In this document: piece by piece, positions 48,775 to 62,899 of the stretch
How positions within the stretch are numbered: the first letter of the stretch is position 1
Layout: each line of letters opens with the position of its first letter
Origin: the human T2T-CHM13v2.0 reference genome, Homo sapiens
Length of the DNA stretch: 64,000 bases
Direction: 5' to 3' (one strand)
Assembly (NCBI RefSeq): GCF_009914755.1
Contig: NC_060933.1
The notes under the pieces: model-generated
Database searches by the model: none
Told to the model about the DNA's origin: nothing
Seen by the model: the letters and a program-made list of their open reading frames with translations, nothing else
Program-made: the position numbers and the translations under genes

Positions 48775-49590
48775 AAATCTTGTAACCAATTGCTTTCTCT
48801 TAAACTGTGACTTTATATACTTAATAATATGTATTTTACTGTAATTAAATGTTATTTTTTACCTTTGTCCACCAGACAGGGAAAAAAATGTTTTTATTAT
48901 ACTTATTCAAAGTGAATAATCAAAGGAGTTGTTCTGAGCTTTTTATAGTTATTTTAGCTTCAGATATTCTGTTCTTTTACCTTTCTGTATGTCAAACAAA
49001 TAGTTTCACTTGAAACACTCACCTACACTCTTGACCATCCGCTGAAAGAAAACAAGCATACAAGCATATATTCTACTAGGTTCTGAGTACATCTTTGTAT
49101 TTATTAATTGACACCATAATGGCTAATTCTTAGCTTTCTTTCATCTCGTTTCTAAGACCTTTCAGTCATGAGTGTTCATTTAACATCCTAATCCTAGTAT
49201 TACTATTTTTCATTTGTATATCACTTTTACAGCTTTTGTTTAGCTTTCATTTATATTAAGTGAATTGCTTCTACCCTTCAAGTGGATGCAGCAGATATTT
49301 GGGCAAGAAGAGCCTGGGCTCAGATGTGACAGGGCTTCTTTACAGTTAGGACTAATAAATTGTAGACCCTAGACCAGAACTTGGGTATGAATGTTGCTTT
49401 TACACAGGTTTTAGGTGTTTTGTTGAGACAGGGTCTCACTGTTGCCTAGGCTGGAGTCTACATAGTTCTTAAGAACTCCTGTGAATTCTTTATTGTGAAA
49501 TTTTGCCATCGTTTATTTTTCATTGTTAAAAGATGTGACCTGTTGTCATTTTTTCTGTCAAACTGATTGTTCAACATATATTTATTGTAG

Positions 49591-49746
<156 letters not shown>

Positions 49747-49874
49747 TAGAGGCAAAGTACGTGTTTCTTTAAGTAGCAGAGTAATTATGATGAAAGTATT
49801 AGTTACTGTGTATTCAAGTTAGGTGCTTCTTTTTCATTTTTGGCTTTATATGTTATACATAATAAAATTCATGT

Positions 49875-50170
49875 CTTTTTTTTTTTTGAGACGGAGTCTT
49901 GCTGTGTCTCCCATGCTGGAGTTCAGTGGTACGATCTCGGCTCACTGCAACCTCTGCCTCCTGGGTTCAAGCGATTCTCCTGCCTCAGCCTCCCAGTAGT
50001 TGGGATTATAGGCATGTGCCACCACACCTGGCCAACTTTTTTTTTGTATTTTTAGTAGAGACAGGGTTTCACCATGTTGGCCAGGCTGGTCTTGAACTCC
50101 TGACCTCAGGTGATCTGCCCCCCTCGGCCTCCCAAAATACTGATTACGGGTGTGAGCCACCGCGCCAGGC
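49875..50170 (-). mobile_element. AluS
   Basis: Full dimer about 145 nt downstream of exon 6. Confidence 0.92.
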
Positions 50171-51241
50171 TTTCTTTTACTAGTTTATTACCTTAGCTGT
50201 GTGCTAGTTGTTACTGTTTAATAAATAATAATTAACACAGTGCTCTTAATTCTTCCACATTTTAGTCCTCAACAGATAGTTTTTGATTGTTGTTTTAAAG
50301 ATGTTAATGATCAGAAAATTAAATCTTTGGGTGTCCTCAGTCAGGTCACTGAGAATTTATTAAGACTACAGTTCGGGTTAAAGATTCAATTCCCTCATTG
50401 CATTACTTTATAATTGGTAGAACAAAATAGGTAAGAAAGTTTTGTAGTGTTTGTTCCAAGGTTAGAATGGAAATAATTGTTACTTGCTTCAAAAAGAGTA
50501 TTTGTGGCATTCTTGTTCTGTCTTCCCCCTTCTACCTACCCTATTCCATCATTTCATGATTCTTAAATTTTCCTTTCTTCGGCTTTTCTAAATTTTATTT
50601 TTCCTGTGTCCATTATTACTGCTTCACTCACTTTGTCTTTTGATTTTCCTTATTTTTTCTAAGATTGATTTACCTTTTTTTCATTTTTCTTCTTTTTTGA
50701 TGTACTTATATGTTTATTTTTTCTTTTCTTACCATCATCCCATTCACTCTTATATAATGTTGCCTTAGTGTGCCACTTAATTTTTTTTTAGCAAATACTC
50801 CTATGACATGACAGGCATCACTTTCACCTACATGCTGGTTTTTATTTTTCTTTTGACCCATTTTCATTTTGTTTTTTTTTTTTATTTTTACCCTTTATAC
50901 TTGAGTTTCTTTTGCTTCTTTATACATCCCTGTATCTCTTCTTTATTGACAGATTAGAGGTAAGTCACATTTTCGTAGCCATTAAGATATGTTTCAGATA
51001 ACAGGATGGAAGTCTGAGAATCTGAACTGGTGATAGAAATAAACGCTCAGTGATTATCAGGACTGTTATTAAATCATTACACTGGTATTTACTATTTCTG
51101 AAGTTGTCCCAGAGGACAAATTTACATTAATAAACCTGTTTTGATATCAAAACAATCTTTTCTTACATTTGGTTTCTGCCTGTATCTTGATTTTTAGTAT
51201 ATGTGTTAGTTTAAGGTAGGGCATTAACTTCTGTTTGTTGA

Positions 51242-51487
<246 letters not shown>

Positions 51488-51910
51488 TGAAAATATTTTC
51501 AAGGGTTTTCTTGTATCTTTCATTTCTTAAGTTTTTTAACCAGGAATTCTGCCACCATAGGATTTTCAAGGACATACTTATTACTGTGGAAGTGTTGCTA
51601 CTTTATAGGACTTCCAAGATATAAAGAGAGAAAAGTGAAATATGATTTTTTTTAGGTACAAGAGGATTCATAGTGGTATTCCTGGAAACACTGAGCTCTT
51701 TTTGTGAATATATTATACATCTGCTTTGTAATTATACACCCTTTTGAAGGAGGGCAATATAGAAAATCTGATGTTTTTGGAATAGATAATAGAATAATAT
51801 TCCCTGTATTTTAAAAGTATAACTAGATATTTTTTATGACTATGGCTTCTAACCTTCGGTGGATTTTGAAGTTAGAGATTATTTGAGAATTGTTTAAATT
51901 CCTGCTTCTA

Positions 51911-52340
<430 letters not shown>

Positions 52341-53749
52341 AAGAATCTCTGATATAAATTGTCAGTTGCCTCAAATATGTAGAATTATTTGTAATTAGAC
52401 CAGCGGAATTTATGCTATATATAGGTAATTTTATGAAACCAGAAAACCATTCACAACCTTTGTGTACTGTATACCCCTGATGTTGGCCACTGTGCTTGAA
52501 GATGGGTGTCAGTGATGGTAAAGGGTGGATCTTAGCCTGGCACTGCTATTGGGAAAAAATTGTATGAAACATGATTTCTGCTATTGAAAGATCATTTAGG
52601 AGATAGTGTGTTATGAACTTAGCAGTATTTTTTTTTACAGGCATCATCTCTATTTTTAAAGGTTTTAAAGATTGTGTTTTATTCTTGTGAATATGCTACT
52701 CCAGGGTTTTTGTTACTGAATTTAAGATTGCCATTTATACAGGTTTGACTAATGTAAGTTTCATCTTTTGTTTGTAAAAAAAGAAGTTATGTGGAGCTCT
52801 TCGATTTCTAGATGTGATTGTACTTTTCTCTTTTTAGGCACCTGAAAGTCAGAAAAATGACTTCTTGAGCTAGATTGTACCAGATACTATGTTGAGCATT
52901 TCTACTGAGTGAGAAAGGCCATATCTAGGAATATAAAGTAAACTTTGTAACAGAGGAAATGAATCAACAGTTTTGACTTTGCTACTATCATGTGGGAAAA
53001 GCTCCACTATATCTTAATTCTAATACAGGTTAAAGTGAGTTAAAATTATTGCACTCAAGTCCAAAAAATTAAACAGTTACTAAGATCAGATAAAGGTTTT
53101 AGGACTTGATTAGATCTGATTCTGAAAAAGCGTTGCCATTGGTCATTTTAAATGTTACGGGGAAAAGGAATTGTAGATATTATCTAGACAAGCCCCCTCA
53201 TTTTATTGTTACAGATACTGAATACCAGTGATAACACGACTTCCTCAAGGATATGAAACTAATAATTGGCAGTCGTTGTTATGTTAATGATGGTTGGTTA
53301 TAGTTAAGTTGTGGATTTGTAATTGCTTTTTTTGGTTCTTGAATTTTCTGTTACTGTAAAACTACTTTTGTAGTGGAAAATATGTACATAATAAATTTGA
53401 GATCTCTTAATTAAGGAAACATATTTAACCCTTTGTTTTGTCTATTTATAACAGAAGCCCAGCTATTGTTATATTAGGCTCATTGTCAAACATCCATGAG
53501 CCTAATTTATTTATGTGAAAATCTGCATGGCCTAAGATGTTTTAGAATTATTTTCCTAAAGAAATAATTCTGAAGTGGTACCTTATGTCAGTCTATAGTA
53601 AAAGTAGTTATTAGCACCCATAGCCTTGCAACAGAACACAGTGGTTAATTTTGTTTAATATTCATGCTGTTCTTCTTCCTGCTCATTCTGTTCCAGCAGA
53701 AAACTTTTTCCAATACTTGTAATTTTTTTTTTTTAATTCCAGGCAGGTG

Positions 53750-53930
53750 ATAAAGTGTTATGGACAGGGCATAGCTTTTGAGACACACAGACCTGTATTT
53801 TAAATCCTCACTCAGCTGTCTGACCTTCAGCAAATCGTTTAGTCTCTCTGAGTTTTAGTCTCCTCAGTCAGGTGAGGACAATAATAGTAATCTTTATCTT
53901 ACATGATTAGCATGTATGATTTAAGCATAC
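53750..53930 (+). mobile_element. MIR
   Basis: AGACCTGTATTTTAAATCC...TGACCTTCAGCAAATCGTTTAGTCTCTCTGAG...ATAATAGTA. Confidence 0.7.
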
Positions 53931-53939
53931 ATACATCAG

Positions 53940-54502
53940 TGTTACTAGCATCAGAAAATTAATTTTCCTCTATCAGAAGAAACTATTGTCTCTTGGCATC
54001 AGAGATCCACCGGAGACATGATTTCCTAGGAGGGCTCACAGCTAAGATTTATTACAGCAAAAGGATGCAAAACAGTCAGGAAAGGGAAAATGCCCTGAGG
54101 ACAAAGTCTAGAAGAAACCAGGCACAAGCTTCCAAGGGTCCTCCCCCAGAGAAATCACACAGAATGTGCTTAATTCTTCCATCATCAAATTATGACAACA
54201 TTTTAAAAGTCCTGTCTACAAGGGAAGTGCATTACAGACTCAGCACCCAAGGTTTTTATGGGCGTTAGGCAACTAGGCCTTCTAGCAGCATGTTGTTAAC
54301 TTCCAGAATGCAAGAAGGAAAGCAGATGTTCTGCATCAGCCACATTGTTTGTACAAACACGCACAGTGAGCCACTCTTATCAGTTAGGAAATGGTAGAAA
54401 CACTCCCAAAATCCAAATTTCCAGACAACAACCAAGGACCGACCTTGCAAACAAGCCTGTCCAAGAATAGTAGTCTTAGTCTATAATGTTGTTTTCTGTA
54501 TA
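53940..54502 (-). mobile_element. MER77/MER21-group LTR
   Basis: GCTAAGATTTATTACAGCAAAAGGAT...AAACCAGGCACAAGCTTCCAAG...CCCAAGGTTTTTATGGG. Confidence 0.7.
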
Positions 54503-54998
54503 GCCCTGTTTTCTACTATGTTTGAATTACATATTATAGGTGTTAATGATGTGTAATATGTGTCTATAATATGTCATGTATGTGTTTTATGTGTTAATGA
54601 AAAATATCAAGGAGGTAGCATACTTGGTATGATAGAACTCTGCATTTGAAATCAGACCTGATTTTTTATAATTAGTTTCCATTTTTTAGCTATGTATAAA
54701 GGTTACTTGGCCTCTTTTGAGCCCTACCAGTCAGTAATATTTGTCCTGATTATCCTGTAGGGTTGTTTTTAGGATCAGATGAAATAAGACAGGAAGATAA
54801 ATGTAAAGAGAAAAAACATGCATGCGTATTACTGCAACTGTTTATTAATATCATTAGGAATAACCTTTTATAGACTTGCAAATAACTGTTGGTATTTTGT
54901 TGATAATTATGGATTTTGCTTGATGTAAATTGTTGTGGGTTAACTCGATATTTGAATGGGCAGGGCCATATAATTTGCTTGCATGAGTTTTTAACTAG

Positions 54999-55172
<174 letters not shown>

Positions 55173-55548
55173 TGAGACAGATTCTTGTTGGGGAATGGCC
55201 AAGATCCTCTGCATTCTCTATTTCTTAATCCGAGGGAAAGTAAGATTTGGAAGTATAGTAGTTGCTCAGAGGACAATTGTGGAAAATTTCTCAAAACTAC
55301 TAGCAGCTGTGCCTTATGATATTTGTAGCTGGGTGGCTGTAGTTTTTTAATAGGATAATGGTGGATTTGGTTACCTTAACAGCAAAAACTAAGGTCTAAG
55401 GGATTTATTCTGTTGTTGTTTAAAACACAGAAATAGACCTTTTATTTTGAAAAATCAGTGATGACGCTTATGTAGAAAATGCGTATGTACCTTTATGCAT
55501 GATTGAAATTAATGAGACAAAGTATACTTAAACTATGGAACTTTTCGT

Positions 55549-55845
55549 CTTTTTTTTTTTTTTTTTTTTGAGACAGGGTCTCTGTTACCCAGGTTGGAGT
55601 ACAGTGGTGTGATCTTGGCTCACTGCAGCCTCCGCCTCTCAGGCTCAAATAATCCTCCCACCTCAGCCTCCTGAGTAGCTGGGACCACAGGTGCATGCGA
55701 CCACACCCAGGTACTTTTTTGAATTTTTGTAGAGATGGGTTTTTGCCGTGATGCCCAGGTTGGCCTCGAACGCCTGAGCTCAAGCTATCCACCTGCCTTG
55801 GCTTCCCAAAGTGCTGGGATTGCAGGCATGAGCCACTGCCCCTGA
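55549..55845 (-). mobile_element. AluJ
   Basis: Full dimer, long T tract, flanked by TGGAACTTTT. Confidence 0.9.
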
Positions 55846-57857
55846 CTGGAACTTTTTATTATATTTTTATTGTTGAGTTTTACTCTGTTTTGATATAATC
55901 TTGGTTTATAGCTCCAATTTCTAGAAATGAAGACACTTACATTGTAAAACTTTAGCCTACTGCAGGTAATTTATTGCTAAGGAAAAATCTTGTTTCAATT
56001 TGTAGTATCCTGTTTTTGATATGTGCAGCTTCTCAATCTGAGAATATAAATTAAAAGTTTTTAAAGTTTTTTTTCCTTTATAATATTGTTTTTTCTTAGT
56101 AGATTTTTGTTTCTTTTCTTACTTTGGTTTCTTGCTTTCTTCCTGGAGTCTTTCCTTGCTTATCTGAGAATCTTTGGTTCTCTTTATGGTTAAAAGTAAG
56201 GCATTAAAAGGCTGATTACAAATTTTTCGTGCGTGGGTGGGCCTGACGACAAAATTATGTTAGGATGATTAGGTAAGAAAGTGGGCTCTTTTGCTAACAG
56301 ATGCCCAAATATATGTGTGTTTCTATTCTTCAGGACCATTCTGAGACTAAGTTTTGAAATTACCTGCCTTGGGGGTAGACATGTAACTTCAGGCATTTCT
56401 GATGGTTGAAGCATGGTATTAATCTCCTAGTTCTCAGCCTCACCCCTTTTTCTATCCCTTTATTTTAAGTCCCAGGCTGCTCATTTAATTTCTCCAAAGA
56501 ATTAACCACAAATGTTCACAGAAGCATCTTGGTTGTCAGTGTTATGTGCTTAGGGTTGTGTATGTTGGGAGAAGGGGATTGGGATGAGAAGGAGGATATG
56601 AATAATTGCATTCTATGTGATGTTGTTTCTACTTGGCATTTCCTAGTCCTAAGAATTTCTGGGGTTTTTGTTTGTTTTTATTTTTTAGAAGGAATAATCA
56701 GTTCTTCACATCCCTTTCTTTTTCACTCACCCTTTACACTATGGTTCCTATAATATACTGCTAAATTTGTTACTTGTTTTTCCATCTTCTAAGTATTTAT
56801 TAAACTTTCCATTTAGTGATCTCTCTTCCCTTTCTTTTGTCCTCATGGGATGGATCCCTTTTTACTCCATTCCTATTATTTTATTAGGGTTAGGCAGAAA
56901 AAGACATAAAACTCATCCTGTATCCCCAGACGCAAATACAAAGTTGGTAGATTGCCTCATGTTGAACTTCCCTTATATTCCTGTCATGAATTTTAATTGA
57001 TGTTTTAATATACTGCTGTATTCAACTATAAAATTTTGTATTTAGGATTTTTTGAACTGTGTGAGATTGGCCTATACTTTTATTTTTTGTTCTTTCTTAA
57101 CTGGTTTTGTTTTCAGGCTTATGCAGACCTGGTAAATAATTTAATACTCTTGGATCAGTTTCAATCATTTATATTTCTTCTCTTCCTATCACTGATATTT
57201 GTGTATCCATTTTTTCCCCCTTATCATATTTGCCAGGGCTTGTCACTTTGTAAGTCTTTTCAACTAATTTTTTTTAAAAATCAACTTTATTTTTTGTTGA
57301 CTATTTAATAATTTCCTCTTTCTTAATTCATTTTTCTGCTTTGAGTATTTTTTAACGTTCTTGAATTGTAAAAAGTGTGTTTCTTTTATTTTTCATCTTT
57401 CCTAATTTTTAATAAATGCATTATAGGATATAAATTTTTGGGCATCATTTGGCTACATCTCACGTGTGTTGATTAGTAGGCTCTTTGTTTCAATTTAAGA
57501 TATTATAATTTTTATTTAAATGTTTTCGTTTGAGGTTACCTAGCAGTTCTTATTGTTTTAATTTCTATGGATATGGAATTTTTTAGGCTTTTGAAAAATG
57601 TCAAGTTCTACTTAACACTGCTTTATGGTCAATAAATGTGGCCTTTTGACTTTTTTAAAGAATTTTTTGAGACTTTTTTTTGGCTTTTATTGTGTGTTTG
57701 ATTTTTGTACCTATTCTTCATGTATTTGAAAAGAATGTGCATTCTGTCTTCAGGTGTGGACATATGTATACACACACATATATACATACGTTAGAATAGG
57801 CTTACTATAATTATGTATACTCGTATGTTCTACTTTTTTGTTAACCTACTTGATTTA

Positions 57858-58169
57858 GTTTTTGTTGTTGTTGTTGTTGTTGTTATGAGACGGAGTCTTG
57901 CTCTGTCTCCGAGGCTGGAGTGCAGTGGAGCAGTCTTGGCTCACTGCAGCTTCTGCCTCCCCGGTTCAAGCGATTCTCCTGCCTGAGTCTCCCAAGTAGC
58001 TGGGACTACAGGCATGCACCACCACGCCTGGCTAATTTTTGTATTTTTAATAGAGACAGAGTTTCACCACGTTGGCCAGGCTGGTCTCAAAGACCTGACC
58101 TCAAGTGATCCACCTGCCTTGGCCTCCCAAAGTACTAGAATTACAAGTGTGAGCTACCGCACCTGGCCT
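57858..58169 (-). mobile_element. AluS with (GTT)n tail
   Basis: TSD TGATTTAGT. Confidence 0.9.
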
Positions 58170-58748
58170 GATTTAGTGATTTTTAAGGTGTCAGTATCTC
58201 CTTCTATGAGTATAGGTTTGTCTATTTTTCCTTGTAATTATATCAGTTTTTGCTTCCTAGATTTTAAAGCTTTCTTATTTTGTTTTTATTTCTGTACCAT
58301 GTTTTAGTTTATGTGCTGTAAATAATACTGGGTTTTGTTTTGAAATTTTTTTCAATTTGATGGCAAATAAAGGAGTTTAAACAGATGAAGAAGTTTAAAC
58401 AGTTCACATTTACTGTTATGTTTTCTACTTATTATACTTTTTACTTGATTCCTCCTCTCTTTCTATTTTCTGTTGCTGTTAACCAAGGTTTTCTCATTCT
58501 ATTTTTTATTCTATAGGTTGAAAGTTAAATTTAGTCCTATTCTAGTGATTACCTTAAAATTTTAAGTGACACATTTCTAACAAAAGAGTTCATCAGTATC
58601 TTTATTCTCCCATCTAATTAAGAAAAAAAAATTAGGAAGCTTATACTTTCTCTTCCTGTAATCCCATGTCAGTATCATCAGAAATTTGACTTGTGGTTAT
58701 TTAAAATATTATTATTATTATTATTATTATTTTACTGCCAGTATTGAC

Positions 58749-58972
58749 ATGTTGGGTATCTCTAATATGAAATCTAAAAATGCTCCAAAACCCAAAACCG
58801 TTTTGAGTGTGTTGACCTGATGCTCAAAGGAAATGCACTTTAGAGCATTTTGGATTTCTGGATTAGGGAAGCTGAACCTGTAAGTATAATGCAGATATTC
58901 AAAGGTCTTAAAAAATTTGAAATCCAAAACACTTCTGGTGCCAAGCATTTTGGATAAAGGATAATCAGCCTG
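58749..58972 (-). mobile_element. Tigger4a MITE, inverted relative to the copy at 39812
   Basis: TCCAAAACACTTCTGGTGCCAAGCATTTTGGATAAAGGATAATCAGCCTG. Confidence 0.85.
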
Positions 58973-59553
58973 TGTTTAGATATAATGATATGTTTTGTTG
59001 GTTTATTTGATCGTGTTGCTTTTGTATTATACTTCCTCTGGCTTGCTAGGAAAGGAGAAATAAAGAGTTCTCTTTTGACTAAAGTTTCATCCTTTTACTT
59101 TAAGCCTATTTGTGTCTTTGAATCTAAAATGTGCCTCTTGTAAACAGTAGATAGTTGGACCATGATTTTTTTGGTCCTCATTAGCATAAAACCAGATATT
59201 GCAGAAAGGGGCTTGTTATGAATAATAAAAGACATTCCTGTCACTCAGAAAATTCCAAGGGTTTTAAGAATTCTGTGCCAAGAACCTAGGACAAAGACTA
59301 AATATATATGTTTATACCGCAATAGTTCTTTTATATTGGATAGGAAGAAAAAAAGTTATAAACAACAAAATACATTTATGTTATATTTTACATTTATCTA
59401 TTTAATTACCTTTGCGGGTTCTCTTGATTTATTTGTGTAGATTCAGAGTACTATCTAGGGTCCTTTCATTTCAGCCTTAAAGATGCCTTTTAGTATATCT
59501 TGTAGGGGAGGTTTCTTTTAGTTCATTGAACATATTTAAAATCGCTGTTTTAA

Positions 59554-59707
59554 TCCTTTTCCTATTTAGAAAAAAAGTACGTGTGCTCACTGCCAGCACT
59601 CATTTAATTTTACATAAACACACTCTGAGGCTTAACCAAATCTGACTGAGTTTCAATGTGAAAGTAAGCACCGCCAGCAAGTATTCTCAGGGCAAACAGA
59701 AAAAGGG
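59554..59707. mobile_element. MER75 non-autonomous piggyBac element, internally deleted
   Basis: TTAA at 59550-59553 and 59708-59711; imperfect TIRs TCCTTTTCCTATTT / AAACAGAAAAAGGG; GTATTCTCAGGGCAAAC motif. Confidence 0.85.
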
Positions 59708-60651
59708 TTAAAGCCCCTTTGTCTTATAAGTCCATTTCTGTACTTCCTCAGGTACTTTTTCTGTTGACTGCTTTTTTCCTGAGTATGGGCCATACTTTTT
59801 CCTTTATTTGAAAGTGTTACAAGTTTTTGTTGAAACTGAACAGTTTAAGTAACATACTCTAGCAACTCTGGAAGTCAGTCCCATTCCCCTCCCCAGGGCT
59901 TGATGTTGTTGCTGTTTCATTGAATATATTGTTGGTGTTTGTTTGTTTAGTGACTTTCCTAGTTCTGTAAAGTTCTTATTCTTGGTCATATGTGGCTATT
60001 GAAGTCACTACTAGGTTAGTTTAGTGGTTAGCTAATGACTGAATCTGTATTTCCTAAAATGCCTGTAACCCATATGTTTCCCAGTCTTTGTTGAGGATCT
60101 CTGTGTATATATTGGGTCATGCCTTCATCATTCAGCCAGGCAGTATTCACACTTTACTGAGATTCAATCATTTTTCTTCAATAAATGCTCCTAAGATTGT
60201 TGAAAACTTTGGTTAACTCTGTCTCAGCCTTCGCTTCCTATTTGCACACAACCACAAAGTGAAACAGATGAGAACTTAGGGTCTTCTCAGGTCTTTCTGG
60301 ATCATGTACATAGCCCTGGGCATGCACACAGTCCTGCTAATGCACATGACCTTCTAGAATCCCAGGAATTTCCAAAACCTCATATGGTTTGGGGAGAAGC
60401 TCATTCCCCAGCCTTTTCTTTTAAGATTTTTGGTTAGCTTATTGTTTGCTGTAACTGTTATCTGCTTCAGGCAGTTGTGATGCTAAACAATTGCTTCTGA
60501 TTGTTTTTGACAAATGCATCCAAGGAAAAGGCTGTTTTGCAGTGGTGAGCTGTGAGTCAGGTCAAATACAAACAAGCCTTATACAACTAAGTTTTCCCAG
60601 GAAACTGCCGGGTAGATCAGATAATGGCATTTCTCTGAGAATGAGGATTTA

Positions 60652-60695
60652 TTAGGTTGGTGCAAAAGTAATTGCATTTTTTTTTTTTGCCATTA
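60652..60695. mobile_element. Half MADE1 (Hsmar1 mariner TIR)
   Basis: TTAGGTTGGTGCAAAAGTAATTGC...TTTTGCCATTA preceded by TA. Confidence 0.9.
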
Positions 60696-62899
60696 TAAAA
60701 GAGCTCCAAACCTGTTCATATCTCTCCAGTGGCTGCTAGACTGCAGGTTTTCACTATGATTGTGGGCTGTTGCTTTTCAAGGATACCACATGAATGGAAC
60801 AATGGGTTTAGGAATGAAGCAAGTTCAAAATTCTACAGAGCTTGCTGTTTTTACTGAGATTCAGCCATTTTTCTTGAATAACAGCTTCCCAGATTGTTAC
60901 AAGCATTTGGTTAAATTCCAGAGTGCTGAAAGTGTAAATTTTGACAATTTTTGTCAGTGTTCTCATCACTTTTATGGAGGAGAAGATTTCTGGAGTTCCT
61001 TACTTCACATTCCTGATGACATCCAAATCTTTTCTATATCTACAGAAAAATGTTGCTGGGATTTTAATAGGAATTTCATTAAACATTTGGGAAGAATTGA
61101 AATCTTTACTATGTTGAATCTTCTGGTCTATGAACATGGTCTGTCTCTATTTATTTAGATTTTTTATTTCTTTCATTAGCATTATGTAGTTTTAGCAACA
61201 AGTCCTCTGACTTAATTTCTTTTTTTTCTTCTTTGGTAGATATTTTGGGAGTTTCTACCTAGGCAGTCATGTCAGCTACAAATGGGGACAGCTTTATTTC
61301 TTTCTTTCTGATTTGTATGCACTTAGTTTTCTTACGTTATTGCATTGGCTACAACTTCAGCACTCTGTTGAATAAGAGTGGTGAACACTGAAATCTTCAC
61401 CTTATTCTTGATCTTAGGAGGAAAGCATTCAGTTTTTCATTATTCAGTATGTAATAATAGCAGGTTTTTAAAAGAATATGTATGCTCTGTCAGATTCAGG
61501 AAATTCTTATATGTATTCCTATGTTTCTAGGAATTTTTATGTTGAGTACATACTCAATTTTGTCAAATGCTTTTCTGCATCTATTGATATAATTGTGTAA
61601 GTTTTTAGGTGGTTAGTAAGTGATGGATTATATTGATTGATTTTTGACTACCAAATCAATTTTGCATCCGTCAAATAAACCCCACTTGGTTGTGGTGTAT
61701 AAGTGTATAATTCTTTTTACATATTGCTGAATTCTGTGTTAAAGGATTTTTGCGTCTGTATTCATGAGTTATACTGTTTTGTAGTCTTCTTGTATTCTCT
61801 GCCTAGTTTTGGTATTAGGATAATAACTAGCTTCATAAAATGAATTGGGAAGTGATCCTTCCTCTTCTACTTTCTGAAAGAGATTGTGTAGAATTGATGT
61901 TTATATACTTTAAACATTTTGTGTAATTCTCAAGTGAAACTCTCTGGTTGTAGAGATTTCTTCTTGGAGGGAGTTTTAAAATTATGTTTTCAACTTCCTT
62001 AATAGCTATTAGACTAGTCAAATAATCTATTTCATATTAGGTGAATTGGTCCTTTTGTCCAAGTTGTCAAATTTATGTATGCATAAATTCTCTTATCCTT
62101 TGATATGTATAGAATCTGCAGTGATAACCCTATTTCATTCCTGATACTGGCAATTCCCCCTCTCCCCCACCCCCCTACTCTTTTTTTAGTTAATCTTGCC
62201 AAAGATTTTCTAATTTTATTGATTTTTTTCAAGGAGGCAGCTGTTTGTTTTATTGATTTTTCTCTCTGTTTTCCGTTTCATTGATGTCTGTTCTTATCTT
62301 TATGATTCTCCTGCCTGATGTAGATGGGCTCATTTTTTATAGGTTCTTGAGGTGGAAGCATAGATTATTGATTTGATGCTTTTCCTCTTATGTATACACT
62401 TGGTGTTATACATTTTCCTGTTATCACTGCATTAGCTGTGCCCCACAAATTTTGATATGTGCTATTTTTGTTTTCATTCAGTTTATTGTATTTTTCTTTT
62501 CATTTTTCTTGAGATCACACAATTTGTTTATTCACTAACCTGGTATTAGACATTTAGACTATTTCTAGTTTTGGGCTACTGCCAGTAGATCTGCCATAGA
62601 TATTCTTCTACCGCTTTTTGTATGGAAGTATGCTTTTATTTCTCTTGGATAATTTCCTAGGAGTAGAATATCATTGGTGTGCGTTCAGTTTTTTAAGGAA
62701 TTGCCAAAATGTTCCAGAATTTTGGTAAATTAATTGTAATTAATAAAAGTTGACTTGTGATGGCTTGGAATTTTTGTTTTTAATGGTCCTTCGTGAAAAA
62801 TTACACCTTCTTAAGGTGTAATTTGAGAAACATTTCTCTGGAGTAGCCTTGGAGGGGTTAGATTTAGGTAGCTACATGGAGTCTCCTTACATTCTACAA

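Larger units (their letters stand above)
56960..62720 (-). mobile_element. Mosaic of old antisense L1 fragments (L1ME, L1MC/L1MD) in intron 8
   Basis: Antisense ORF2 motifs (GGAAAGCATTCAGT, TTTTGTCAAATGCTTTTCTGCATCTATTGATAT, CCCACAAATTTTGATATGT). Confidence 0.7.

Noticed and set aside
59554-59707. Intronic H/ACA snoRNA-sized element
   Set aside because: TTAA duplications and terminal inverted repeats identify it as MER75.
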